Of a stretch of 63,686 bases of DNA, positions 36,234 to 46,492 are shown piece by piece (position 1 is the first letter of the stretch; each line of letters begins with the position of its first letter). Position numbers and translations under genes: made by a program. The stretch is taken from positions 1-63,686 of IMG/VR virus record IMGVR_UViG_3300020045_000643; one strand, written 5' to 3'. The notes under the pieces are model-generated. The model saw only the letters and a list, made by a program, of their open reading frames with translations. It had not been told where the DNA came from and did no database searches. This DNA is from a virus (lineage: Duplodnaviria > Caudoviricetes).

Positions 36234-38495
36234 ATGATTGCACCTTTATCTGCAAAACAAGAACGCGAATGGGCTAAACACCACGCTAAGGAGTCTCGTG
36301 AGTCTAAAAAGATGGAACACGAAGAGAATCGTAAACAACAATTACACGAAATAAAGCTACAAGAAGCCGCTGTTAAAGCAGGTCAAGGTGTTGCTCATAA
36401 AGAAGAACTCCACGGTATCAAAGTAAAAGAGCTAGGTGGGCCTCTCTCTGGTAAGCGAGTGAATCGTCAGAAGCTAGGCTTACCTAGTAACAACCCTTTA
36501 GCTGGTTCTGAAGTATTTAACCGTGGCCAACACATGTTACCTAAGGGTACTGATACGGTACCTGCTATGCTAACTCCCGGCGAAGCTGTTATCCCTCGTG
36601 CTGCAGCTCAAGACCCTAAGAATAAACCATTGATCAAACAAATGGTTCAACAAGGTCGTCAAGTTCAACACCATGCACAAGGTACTACAGGTATTGTTCA
36701 GAAACAAAATATGATTCCTATCTTACCTAAAGTAGCTGCTCATCGTAAAGTAAAAGGTTACGCTGACGGTACTGAAGCGGTTCCAAACATGACTAACTAC
36801 TACCACACAGACAGTGCTGCTAGTATGTCTGATGGTACTACTGAAGTGCAACCACAATACTATATTGACGGTGTAGAGGAAGTGCCACCAGTTGTGGTTC
36901 AACCAGAAGTTGCCCAACAAGAACCTGTACAACCAATTGTACAACAAGAAGTTGTTCAACCTGAAGTACCTCAGCCTGTTGTTCAACAAGAAGCAGTACA
37001 ACCAGTTGTTCAGGCAGAAGTACCTGTACAACCCGTTGAACAACCTAAGCCTGTACCTGTTGCTGAAGTATCTGCTGTACCAACAGTAGAAGATAAAGCA
37101 GTTGTTCCTGCACCTGTTGTAGAAGCTGCTGTTACTACCCCACCTAAACCTGTTGCTCCTGTTAATGAGCGAACTAAACCAGAGTATTGGGTTAAACACT
37201 TACAAGGTGTGCAAGCTGATTTAGACAAAGCCGCTGCAAGCAGTAAAGATCAACAAGGTTTTGTAGACTCCTTTAAAGATATCTTCTCATACAAAGGTTT
37301 GAAAGACGCTCTTGGTTTGAACAATCAAGAAGTGGCTCGTATGGCTGTTACCTACTTAGGTGGTCGTGCTCGTGGCTACAACGGTGCTCAATCATTATCT
37401 TACGCTGGTCGTAGCGCTTTTGATAGCTCATTACAACGTCAGAACCGTGAAGCCTCTGAGAAGGGTGCTAACATGCGTCTTGGTGTACAAATGGCTGCAC
37501 AAGAACGTACAAGTGAACGCCTTGATAACGAGACTAAGCGCAAAGAACTTGCTGCTGAGAAGAAAGAGTACGCTGCATTAGCTGCTGCTAAACGTAAAGA
37601 ACTTGAGAACGATCAAGACCGTTACGAAAACTTTGCTGCTAAAGATGTACCTCCTAGTGTTCGCCAAAAGGCTGTTGATATCGCTTACGCACCGCTTAAG
37701 GGTTCTACACCTGAAGAACGTCTAGAAGAACGTCGCCAGAACATGCGTCAAGCTACTACATTGTTAGCTAACAGTGTTGTATACAAAGACCCTAACAGCG
37801 GTCGTCATGATCGCGTTGCTAAATGGGGTTATTACGAAGATGCTAAAGGTAACACAGTATATGCTGCACAAGACCCTTATGGTTCTGGTGATATGATTGT
37901 ACGTCATCCTAACGGTAAGACTGAAAAGATGGGTGGTCAACTATTACGCCCAGAAGGTACTACCGCTAAACAAGGTGAGCTTGTAGCTAAGGTTACAAAG
38001 AATTACTTAGAAGGTACTAAAGGTGCTGACGGTAAACCTATTGACACTTCTGCTGTTGGCGCTAAGATCATGACCGTTATGCAGGACTTCCCCGGTATTG
38101 GTGATAATCCGTTTGCTGTTAATGCTGCGATTGAACCAACCGTTAAAGCTCTTGCTGAATCTGGTAAAGACTATTCTGCTACAGCAGTACGTGCTGCCTT
38201 CACAGGTAACATGGTTAAGACTTTGATGCCTACTCAAACTGATTTGTTTGTTGCTCAAGGTAGCAAGCCAGGTGCTGTCAAACCAGTATCAGGCAGCTCA
38301 TTAGTAGAGTTTGGTAAAGCTATGCAGGATGCTCAATCAGCTAACAGAGTTGATCTTTCTAAAGCAACTGAAACATATGTTGACGTTTGGAATAAACTAC
38401 CTGTAAATGATAAGCAAAAGATTGCCAACACTACTCGTGATGGTTATTCTCCATTCCAAGAGTTCGTTATTCGTGACGTTAAGAAACAAAAGTAA
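36234..38495 (+). CDS. Internal virion protein with GTDTVPAMLTPGE motif and P/V/Q/E-rich linker
   Basis: 753-aa ORF with AAGGAG RBS, in the ejection cluster. Confidence 0.7.
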   Translation: MIAPLSAKQEREWAKHHAKESRESKKMEHEENRKQQLHEIKLQEAAVKAGQGVAHKEELHGIKVKELGGPLSGKRVNRQKLGLPSNNPLAGSEVFNRGQHMLPKGTDTVPAMLTPGEAVIPRAAAQDPKNKPLIKQMVQQGRQVQHHAQGTTGIVQKQNMIPILPKVAAHRKVKGYADGTEAVPNMTNYYHTDSAASMSDGTTEVQPQYYIDGVEEVPPVVVQPEVAQQEPVQPIVQQEVVQPEVPQPVVQQEAVQPVVQAEVPVQPVEQPKPVPVAEVSAVPTVEDKAVVPAPVVEAAVTTPPKPVAPVNERTKPEYWVKHLQGVQADLDKAAASSKDQQGFVDSFKDIFSYKGLKDALGLNNQEVARMAVTYLGGRARGYNGAQSLSYAGRSAFDSSLQRQNREASEKGANMRLGVQMAAQERTSERLDNETKRKELAAEKKEYAALAAAKRKELENDQDRYENFAAKDVPPSVRQKAVDIAYAPLKGSTPEERLEERRQNMRQATTLLANSVVYKDPNSGRHDRVAKWGYYEDAKGNTVYAAQDPYGSGDMIVRHPNGKTEKMGGQLLRPEGTTAKQGELVAKVTKNYLEGTKGADGKPIDTSAVGAKIMTVMQDFPGIGDNPFAVNAAIEPTVKALAESGKDYSATAVRAAFTGNMVKTLMPTQTDLFVAQGSKPGAVKPVSGSSLVEFGKAMQDAQSANRVDLSKATETYVDVWNKLPVNDKQKIANTTRDGYSPFQEFVIRDVKKQK

Positions 38496-38513
38496 TTAAA
38501 AGGAGGTGAGCCT

Positions 38514-41500
38514 ATGGGTTCATTATTTCAAGAAGCATTAGCTAACAGTAAAGAGGTTAACCCTCAGCCATCTCCAATGAAGGTTAACGGTGTAGAGTCT
38601 ATTACTACACCTAACTGGATTGACCCTGATACGGTAAAGTTGGGTAGCCAAGCATATCGTGTTAAAGGTTACAACGCTCCAGAAGTACCACACATTAAAG
38701 GTGGTGTTTTTGTTCCGGGTGAAGATCAAGGAGCATCGGCAAAGATTCCCGAGTTAGCTCAACCGTTAGGTTACAATAATATCGTTACTACCGGCGATGA
38801 AAGCTACACACGTAAAGTAGGTGATATCCAAGATAAAAGAGGTAATAGCTTAAGTGCTTTAGTTAATGCTACTAGTTTAGCGCCTATTAACAAGTTTACT
38901 TCACCTCAAGACTTAGATGCAAGGGCCGCTACTAATGCTTTTGCCTTCTTAAACCCTAAGATGGCTGACAAAGACCCTGCTATTGCTGCAGGTATTCAAG
39001 CAAAGAAAGAGGAAGAGCAAAGAGCACAATCTTTAAATCGACCTTTGTATATGCCAAAGGTAGAAGTCTTTGATGAAGCTCAATACGCTGGCTTCAAGCG
39101 TAGTATTGGGCACCAAGCTGTTAAACGTGAAGAAGAAGAAATCGCTCGGTTAGAAAAGTCTTTAAAGGAAGACAACTTACCTACCGATCTTCGTGCATCA
39201 TTAGAAAAACGTCTTGAGCAATCTAGACAAACAATTTATGCTGCATCAACTACTCCTGATTTTGTTGGTGGTGTAATGATGAGATCTAATGATCGCACTA
39301 TTATGAACCAAGCACACGATCAAGCCACTGTATCATTTTACAATGGTTTATACGACATTGCTAAAGGTGTTGGTGGTGTATTGCAAATGACTGGTGATAA
39401 AGCTGGTTGGGAATGGTTAAGCAAACGCGCTGACCAAGGTGTTAAGCGTTTAGGGGTTGAACAAAACCAAATGCCTGATACACTATCTTCATTCAGAGAC
39501 ATCAATACAGGTGGTGGTGCTTGGGATACTATTGGTAACTCAGCTACCTATGTAGGTAACTTAGTTGCTGGTACATTACCTCAAATGGTTGTAATGGCTG
39601 GTGCTGCTATGGCTACAGGGGGTACAGGTGCTTCTGCATGGTTACTTAGCTCTGCACCAAGTACTGCTTTATACTCTGGTCAGTTTTATGCTGATCAACC
39701 TGACGATAAAAAGAATGCTGGCTTAGCTACCTCTATGGGTATTGCTTCGGGTATCCTTGACAAGCTTGGCTTAGACTTTATGATGGGTAAGCTCGGTAAG
39801 AATATGTTTACTGCAGCGGGTCATAAGGAGCTGGTGCAAGCTGTTGTTGATAACAGTAAAAAGACTGGTATTAATCTTTCTAAGGAAGCTGCAGAGCAAC
39901 TCATTGAAACAACATCTAAGTCTGAGATTCTTAAATTAGCTCAGTTCAGTGGTGACTTTGCCAAGCGACAAATTGCTGGTATAGAGATCACTGGTAAACG
40001 TGCTGCTGGTTTAGCTGTACAAGCTGGTGGTGAATCCGCTACAGAAGCTGCTCAACAATATGCTCAAGCATGGGGTGAGTCAGGTAGTTGGAGCAACAAC
40101 TTTAAGTATGCTCGTGGCTTTGAAGACCAAATCTTAGAAGCTGCAGTAGGTGGCGGTGTGATGGGTGGAGCGTTCCATGCATCAGGTTCTGCTATGAATG
40201 CAGCTCAATGGCATTCAGCTATGAGCGCTCAAGAAGAGTACCGTAGAGTACTCGGTGAGTCACAAGTGTTTCAAGCTGAGAACGCTAACAAGGTAGCTAC
40301 TAACAATGGTGGTCATCGTGATATCTTAAGTCTTGTTGATGCTACTTCAGGTGAAGCTACTACTGGTAAGTCAGCAAAGTTAGCTGATATCCCTTCTGAA
40401 GATAGTTTCAGATGGAGCAAATTACTAGAGCCAGGTCGCTTAGTACGTCAACTAGCTCACACAGCTATTCCATCTATTGTAGATGAGAACGGTGCTTTAA
40501 AAGAAAACTTAGGTCACCTCAAGGCTATCATGGGTGGTTATGGTATTCTCCCGGGCGATCATGCTTCAGGATACTATCAACGATTACTTGGTAAGTGGTC
40601 TGGTGGTATGGTCATTAAAGACGGTAACACAGAGTTTATCCCTACCAACAAAGACAGTTTAGCTTCTATGTTAGGTGTTAACACTGCAGAAGCTAACAAG
40701 ATGGTACGTGATGCTTGGGTTAACTACTGGTCTAAGGGTCAGGAAGTACCCAACGATACTCCACAAGGGCAACACCTTAACTGGTGGAAGAACGCTTTAG
40801 ATGAGACTCGTACAAACATGCTCGAAGAAGCTCGTGTTGCGGGTGCTGATACTAGTATGGTAACTAACTCTAACGCCTTGTTTGAGTCATCTAAGATTAT
40901 TCCATCACAGATTGTTGCTCACAAGAACGAATTAGTTGATGCTTTAGTTTCAGAAGGTGCTACACCACATGAAGCTCAACAGGCGGTTACTAACATTGTT
41001 TCAGGTAACAAACAAAAAGCTTCTTTAGCTCGACACTTCTTATCTGAACATAAAGTATTCTCTAAGCCTGAGTTAGCTCACTTATTTGAGAGTAACGTGT
41101 TTGATAACATTGAGCACGTTAAAGAAACATTAGCCAACAACATCATGCGTAACCGTTATATCGGTAAAGAAGGTGAAGTTATTGGTAAGCTATTATTAAA
41201 GGCTAAAGCTGCAGGTGAGTTTGGTAACGACCCTAACGATACACAATTTAAAGCTACAGTATCTGAAGTAAAAGCTTGGGTAGATATTATGAATGGTGAT
41301 TATCATTCGCTACGTGACTACCCTAACCTTCAAAAGCTATCTAACTTCTTTTGCACAGCTACAATGTTGTCATCGCTAGGTAAAGCTGCTTTGTCTTCTC
41401 AAGTAGAAACCTACATGGCTACACTTGGTACTCCTGCTCATTTGATTAGCAAACAATTAGCTACTTACTATAAAGAATACGGCAGTGAAATTGCTTCTGA

Positions 41501-42731
41501 CTTAAACAAAGGTAACTCTTGGGCTACTTCTGTTATGGGTATTAGCATGATGCGTAATGTACCTGATATTAAGCTACAACGCAAGCTATCAGAGTTATAC
41601 AATGAAGCTACGCAAGCAGATGTATCTGAGAAACGTGCTACAGAGATCTCTGAGGAAATCGAAGGGCTACACAAACGATTGTTTGGTCGTTCTATCTTTC
41701 ATAGAGTTGGTCTAAGTGAAACAGGCTTTGATGCTGCATCTAAGTTTGAATACCAAGATTCAGTAGGTTCTACTGCTCGTAAAATGATGGGTAGATTTGC
41801 AAGCTTGATTACGTTACGTGCTCAAACAGATGCAAACCGTTTAGCTGTTATCAGTGTTGCTGGTGATATCTTAAGCCAACAGTTAGTTACTCTATCTACA
41901 GTTGATCCTGCTATTCGTAGTAGTGCATTCAGCTCAGGCAAGGGTTTAACTAATGAGCAAGCTCAGGCGTTAACAGAGCTACAACAGTACGGTCTTGATG
42001 TTAACCTAGCACTCAAGTTCCTTGAAGCTACAGATGGTAAGAAATTACCTTTTGATAACTCATTTACTGATGCTGACTTAGCTGGTGACCCTGAACTACA
42101 ACGATTCCAAGATCAAATCTTTACTGTGATAGGTAACTTTGTGGATGCTCGTGTAGTTAATCCGCAAGCACATAACACACCTAAGATTTATAATGACCCT
42201 CGTTGGAAGGCTATTACGTTGATGCAGAAGTTTATGGCGACAGCTCATGCTGTTATCTTACCACGACTGTACAAGCAATACCTCAAAGAAGGTCATGCGG
42301 GTATGAAGTACTCTGCGTTTGCTACTATGGCTGGTTCATTACTAGCTGCTCAATTAATTAATCAATTAAAAGATTTCTTATCATACGATGAAGAAAGAGA
42401 TAATCCGTATCTAAAAACAAGAGCTAAGAAAGCCCAACGGACTCTTAACACTTCTGGTCTACTCGGTCAATTCGAAAAGATCACTGACAAAATGTCACCC
42501 GTTATTCCTAATTCTGGTCCTAAGTTTACTAATGATCCAGCAGGTTGGGGTGTTGACAAAATTAAAGATATGTCTCCAGTTGCTTCTTGGACTTCCAAGG
42601 TAGTAGGTGGTACATATAATACGCTTAACGGCAATACTGAAAAAGGCGTTAAACAGCTCGTAAGAGCCGCGCCCGTGGTAGGTAGCTTTCCTAGATTAGC
42701 TAAAGACTTTGTTTCAGCATTCAAACAATAA
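38514..42731 (+). CDS. Large internal virion (ejection) protein with N-terminal SNase-like domain
   Basis: 1405 aa; GGESATEAAQQ...AVGGGVMGG ejection-protein motif; N-terminal IDPDT...RVKGYNAPE. Confidence 0.7.
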   Translation: MGSLFQEALANSKEVNPQPSPMKVNGVESITTPNWIDPDTVKLGSQAYRVKGYNAPEVPHIKGGVFVPGEDQGASAKIPELAQPLGYNNIVTTGDESYTRKVGDIQDKRGNSLSALVNATSLAPINKFTSPQDLDARAATNAFAFLNPKMADKDPAIAAGIQAKKEEEQRAQSLNRPLYMPKVEVFDEAQYAGFKRSIGHQAVKREEEEIARLEKSLKEDNLPTDLRASLEKRLEQSRQTIYAASTTPDFVGGVMMRSNDRTIMNQAHDQATVSFYNGLYDIAKGVGGVLQMTGDKAGWEWLSKRADQGVKRLGVEQNQMPDTLSSFRDINTGGGAWDTIGNSATYVGNLVAGTLPQMVVMAGAAMATGGTGASAWLLSSAPSTALYSGQFYADQPDDKKNAGLATSMGIASGILDKLGLDFMMGKLGKNMFTAAGHKELVQAVVDNSKKTGINLSKEAAEQLIETTSKSEILKLAQFSGDFAKRQIAGIEITGKRAAGLAVQAGGESATEAAQQYAQAWGESGSWSNNFKYARGFEDQILEAAVGGGVMGGAFHASGSAMNAAQWHSAMSAQEEYRRVLGESQVFQAENANKVATNNGGHRDILSLVDATSGEATTGKSAKLADIPSEDSFRWSKLLEPGRLVRQLAHTAIPSIVDENGALKENLGHLKAIMGGYGILPGDHASGYYQRLLGKWSGGMVIKDGNTEFIPTNKDSLASMLGVNTAEANKMVRDAWVNYWSKGQEVPNDTPQGQHLNWWKNALDETRTNMLEEARVAGADTSMVTNSNALFESSKIIPSQIVAHKNELVDALVSEGATPHEAQQAVTNIVSGNKQKASLARHFLSEHKVFSKPELAHLFESNVFDNIEHVKETLANNIMRNRYIGKEGEVIGKLLLKAKAAGEFGNDPNDTQFKATVSEVKAWVDIMNGDYHSLRDYPNLQKLSNFFCTATMLSSLGKAALSSQVETYMATLGTPAHLISKQLATYYKEYGSEIASDLNKGNSWATSVMGISMMRNVPDIKLQRKLSELYNEATQADVSEKRATEISEEIEGLHKRLFGRSIFHRVGLSETGFDAASKFEYQDSVGSTARKMMGRFASLITLRAQTDANRLAVISVAGDILSQQLVTLSTVDPAIRSSAFSSGKGLTNEQAQALTELQQYGLDVNLALKFLEATDGKKLPFDNSFTDADLAGDPELQRFQDQIFTVIGNFVDARVVNPQAHNTPKIYNDPRWKAITLMQKFMATAHAVILPRLYKQYLKEGHAGMKYSAFATMAGSLLAAQLINQLKDFLSYDEERDNPYLKTRAKKAQRTLNTSGLLGQFEKITDKMSPVIPNSGPKFTNDPAGWGVDKIKDMSPVASWTSKVVGGTYNTLNGNTEKGVKQLVRAAPVVGSFPRLAKDFVSAFKQ

Positions 42732-42743
42732 AGGTAAATTAGA

Positions 42744-45700
42744 ATGAATATTCGTGCTCCTAATGTTAATGCAGCAGTAAGAGCACCACTATCCGCAGAC
42801 CAGCTTCGTGCTATGTCTTCGGGTATGTTTGGTGCACAAGCGGCTCCTGAGATTCCCGGCTCTGAAGCCGTAACACAAGGTATTAAACAGTACAATCCAT
42901 ATGCGGTTGATGTTCCTCAAATGCCTGACACTGGTTTGAAAGGTGTAGTTGAGGCTACCCCTATCACACCTACCTCTGACTATACTGACTTAGCTATGGC
43001 GACTCAGTCACCGTACGCTGCTCGTCCTCGTTACGAACCTGTTCTTGATGAACAAGGTCAGCCTATGTTGGATGAGAGTGGTCAATACCAGACTCGCCCT
43101 ATTGAAATGGGCCGTTTCGGTGAACAACAACAAGCTGAATTAGAACAGGTACCTAACTTTGGTGCTGCTATGGGTGATGGTACTGACTCAGTAGGTATTG
43201 CTAAGAGTATTCTTGGCTTGAAGACTGCTGCCAGTGAGAACGCCCCTGCATCTCCTGCTACTAACCGTAGTGAGATGATGTCTGGTCGTGCTTCACCTGA
43301 GACTATTCGTAAGTGGGCTGATACGTCAGCTCCTTCTTTGTCTCTTGTAACTGAGGATACAACCACTGATTTGTTTAGTCCTGAAGCTGTTGTAGGTTCT
43401 ACGGATGAAGGTTATGAGGGTGTTCCTATTGGTATGAAAGTGTTTCATGACCATGACATTCCCTTCGAATTAGCTCGCCCTGTTTCCACTGTGTTTGGTA
43501 TTGCTCACGCATTAGCTAACGCTCAAACAGGTACTATGCGTGGTGATGAAGCGCCTCCTGTTATTGTAGACAAGAACGGTAAAACTCTTGAAGATGCTCT
43601 TCCAGAGAAAGATATTGTTAACTCTATCATTCATGGTGCTAACAATGCGCTTGACCGTTTGGGTTATAACTTACCTCCAGAAGCTGTACGTAGACTTGCT
43701 GAAGCCAAAGTTAAAGCTGAGATCTACCGTGGTAACTATCGCCCAGTAATGAGTAAAGATGGTCACTGGGTACTAGCCACTTCTCCTGATATGAAGAAGC
43801 AAGCTCGTGACTTAGCTTACTTGACTGCTGCTTTATCTGGTGATGAGCGTAGAAAGTTCCCTTCAAAGGTTCCTCAATTATCTGGTTCAAGCTTCTTGAA
43901 GCCAGGTTCACAGACAACTAAGAACTCACTACGGTTTCCAGGTGCTAAGGCATCTGCAGCTGAAGTTGCTAAGGATATCTTAGGTTCTATTGCTGAAACG
44001 TTCGAGATGATTTCTGTTATGTCAACGACTAAACAGATGCAAGATATTGAAGCCAAGTTGGATGATCCAGCTAACCCTAAATACTCTACAAGTATCTTTG
44101 CTAAAAGACACAAGATGTCCCAAGAAGACTACAACAAGCTAAAGGATAACGTCAGCCCTGATGAGGGTATGTCTATGAATGATCCTCGCTTTAAGGCTAA
44201 ACAAGAACGACATGCAACTGAAGAGATGCAAGCTCGTTTGGCTAAGCTAAAGTATGATGTTCAAAACGCTAACGATATTAAAGGTTTAGCATATACTGGT
44301 TATATGCACTCAACAGCTAACCAACGTTTCTTCCGTACTAATGCTGGTACTGATATCTTAGCCTCTAAGAACGGTACTCGTGAGATGCTTAACTTTGGTC
44401 TCAAGTCATTAGCTAAAGCAGCTGATGTGTTTGACCCTAAACAAGTTAAGCGTATTCAAGATATGTCTAAATCAGTGTTCTCTAAGGTAGGTCGTGCTCG
44501 CCAAGAAGCTCTATTAAAGATGACCCCTAATGATCGTGCTATGCTTGGTCTAATGGAAACTGCTGTTGTTAACTTCTATACATTCTCTGGTGACCCTTCT
44601 ATCCAAGATAAACGTATTGCTAAGTATTCAGAAGTTGACTTGATCAACATGTATACTCCTGAGATTGGTATGCACTTAGCAGGTCTAGGTAAAGAGTTCG
44701 TTCAGTGGTTGTCAGGTGATACACAGGTTAACACCAAGAACATTGAAGAGCTATTAGCAGGTATGCCTCGTGGTGAAGCTCAAAGCTGTCAGAACTTATG
44801 GTTTGATATGGCTAACCTATACGAAGCATTTAAAGATCCAGCTCAGAAAAATAAGCTTATTAAACTTACTACAATGAACTATGATGACGGTAATCAGAAC
44901 GGTGTGTTCTTACAGTCATTGTATGCTGGTAAGCCTGAAGTAGCTGTTCGTTTGGGTTCTTATAATCCTAACCTTGCTGACATGCGTGGATTCGCACTCA
45001 ACAAGATTGGTGATAAGCTTGAAGACTTCTTAAAGAGCAAAGAAGAAAAGCTAGATGCTTGGAAAGAGTTCTTAACTAAAGCTAGTAAGACAGATAGCAT
45101 GGCTTCTGACTTGTTTAAAGTACCGTTGATGCAGTATGCGTATGGTAAAGATGGTTCAATGTTTACTGAACACATCTATGAGTTCATTAAAGACTCTGAT
45201 ACATATGCACCTATTGCTTATGATGCTTTGATTAAGTCTGGTGCTTACTCTGACCTAACTACTGCTGCAGACGATATGTCTAAGGCTATGGAAGCTACTC
45301 TTAATGAAGTTATTGACCCACAATTTACTAGCACACTAAAGCGACTTGGTCGTATGTTTGCTGTGATGGGGACTGTACCTACTATTAAGGGTGTTGCTGG
45401 TGATGACTACGTGTTTAGCCCTGTTGATGTCGGCTTTATCCCTGACGCAGCTAAGGATGAAATCCAACAAGAAGTAGATGAAGAAGGTAATACTTACATC
45501 GCTAAGAAGCGTGGATTCCAGTCTAACACTTATACAACTCCTGATGGTGTTGTTGAGTCTACAACTGCTGTACGCCAATTCAACCCTAACGCTACTAAAG
45601 GTCTACAGAAATTCTTCAACAAGTCAAAGGACAGTTACGACTCTTTCGAGAATCCGTTAGGCTCTGCTTTATCTAGATTACTAGGTGTTATGCCTATCCA

Positions 45701-46442
45701 GTCTACTGACGGTGACTTACTTAAGTTGATGTTAATTGCTGTAAACTCTGATCAGAAAATTCCATTACCTGTAGCAACAGTTCACGACTCGTTGATTACT
45801 ACAATGGACACTATGCATCTATACCGTAATGCTTATAATAACATTGCTATCCCACAAGCTGTACCAGAGATTAAGAAGTTTGCTTCTCGATTGAAAGACG
45901 CTTATGACAAAGCAAGATCAGACTTGTTTGCACAAGTATCTGAAGACAAGTATATTGGTATTGGCGCTAATGGTGACTACCCTTCATTGGGCGCTCTCTT
46001 TGATGAACTAAATAATAAAATCAATAATGATCAATACAAAGAAGTGTTCTTAAGAAGAAACAATAACAAGCTAGAAAAGTGGGAAGAGTACGTAGCAAAG
46101 TCCGAAGAGACTCTACGTGAAGCCCGTAAACAAGGCTGGAGACCTAACACTCCTAACTTAGCTATTGATTCTGCTCAATTCAAACAGTTGTTTAGCCTAT
46201 CAGAATCACTACTTAAAATTGGTGGCGCTGAGAACCGCTTTAAGCAATGGGTAAATAACTTCGCTTCAAACGTTGAGCAAGGCTTTAAGAAATTAAACCT
46301 TAATCCAGACGTTCGTAAGCATGGTATTGCTCAGATGACTCAAGCAGGTGGCTCAGGTAAGCGTATGGTTTCAAAAGAGCCTACTGTTGAACCCCCCAAA
46401 CCTGTTGACTTAGCTTCTATGATTCCTGAATTAAACAGATAA
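42744..46442 (+). CDS. Putative virion-associated single-subunit DNA-dependent RNA polymerase
   Basis: Motif A YDDGNQNG, motif B KVPLMQYAYG, PIQSTDG and motif C VHDS in T7/N4 RNAP order; last gene of the ejection cluster. Confidence 0.8.
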   Translation: MNIRAPNVNAAVRAPLSADQLRAMSSGMFGAQAAPEIPGSEAVTQGIKQYNPYAVDVPQMPDTGLKGVVEATPITPTSDYTDLAMATQSPYAARPRYEPVLDEQGQPMLDESGQYQTRPIEMGRFGEQQQAELEQVPNFGAAMGDGTDSVGIAKSILGLKTAASENAPASPATNRSEMMSGRASPETIRKWADTSAPSLSLVTEDTTTDLFSPEAVVGSTDEGYEGVPIGMKVFHDHDIPFELARPVSTVFGIAHALANAQTGTMRGDEAPPVIVDKNGKTLEDALPEKDIVNSIIHGANNALDRLGYNLPPEAVRRLAEAKVKAEIYRGNYRPVMSKDGHWVLATSPDMKKQARDLAYLTAALSGDERRKFPSKVPQLSGSSFLKPGSQTTKNSLRFPGAKASAAEVAKDILGSIAETFEMISVMSTTKQMQDIEAKLDDPANPKYSTSIFAKRHKMSQEDYNKLKDNVSPDEGMSMNDPRFKAKQERHATEEMQARLAKLKYDVQNANDIKGLAYTGYMHSTANQRFFRTNAGTDILASKNGTREMLNFGLKSLAKAADVFDPKQVKRIQDMSKSVFSKVGRARQEALLKMTPNDRAMLGLMETAVVNFYTFSGDPSIQDKRIAKYSEVDLINMYTPEIGMHLAGLGKEFVQWLSGDTQVNTKNIEELLAGMPRGEAQSCQNLWFDMANLYEAFKDPAQKNKLIKLTTMNYDDGNQNGVFLQSLYAGKPEVAVRLGSYNPNLADMRGFALNKIGDKLEDFLKSKEEKLDAWKEFLTKASKTDSMASDLFKVPLMQYAYGKDGSMFTEHIYEFIKDSDTYAPIAYDALIKSGAYSDLTTAADDMSKAMEATLNEVIDPQFTSTLKRLGRMFAVMGTVPTIKGVAGDDYVFSPVDVGFIPDAAKDEIQQEVDEEGNTYIAKKRGFQSNTYTTPDGVVESTTAVRQFNPNATKGLQKFFNKSKDSYDSFENPLGSALSRLLGVMPIQSTDGDLLKLMLIAVNSDQKIPLPVATVHDSLITTMDTMHLYRNAYNNIAIPQAVPEIKKFASRLKDAYDKARSDLFAQVSEDKYIGIGANGDYPSLGALFDELNNKINNDQYKEVFLRRNNNKLEKWEEYVAKSEETLREARKQGWRPNTPNLAIDSAQFKQLFSLSESLLKIGGAENRFKQWVNNFASNVEQGFKKLNLNPDVRKHGIAQMTQAGGSGKRMVSKEPTVEPPKPVDLASMIPELNR

Positions 46443-46444
46443 GC

Positions 46445-46492
46445 AAATAAAAACCCCTACTAGGATTATTCCTAATAGGGGTTATTTTTTTT
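46445..46492. terminator. Bidirectional terminator where the two genome arms converge
   Basis: aacccctactagga-ttat-tcctaataggggtt with flanking A and T tracts. Confidence 0.85.
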
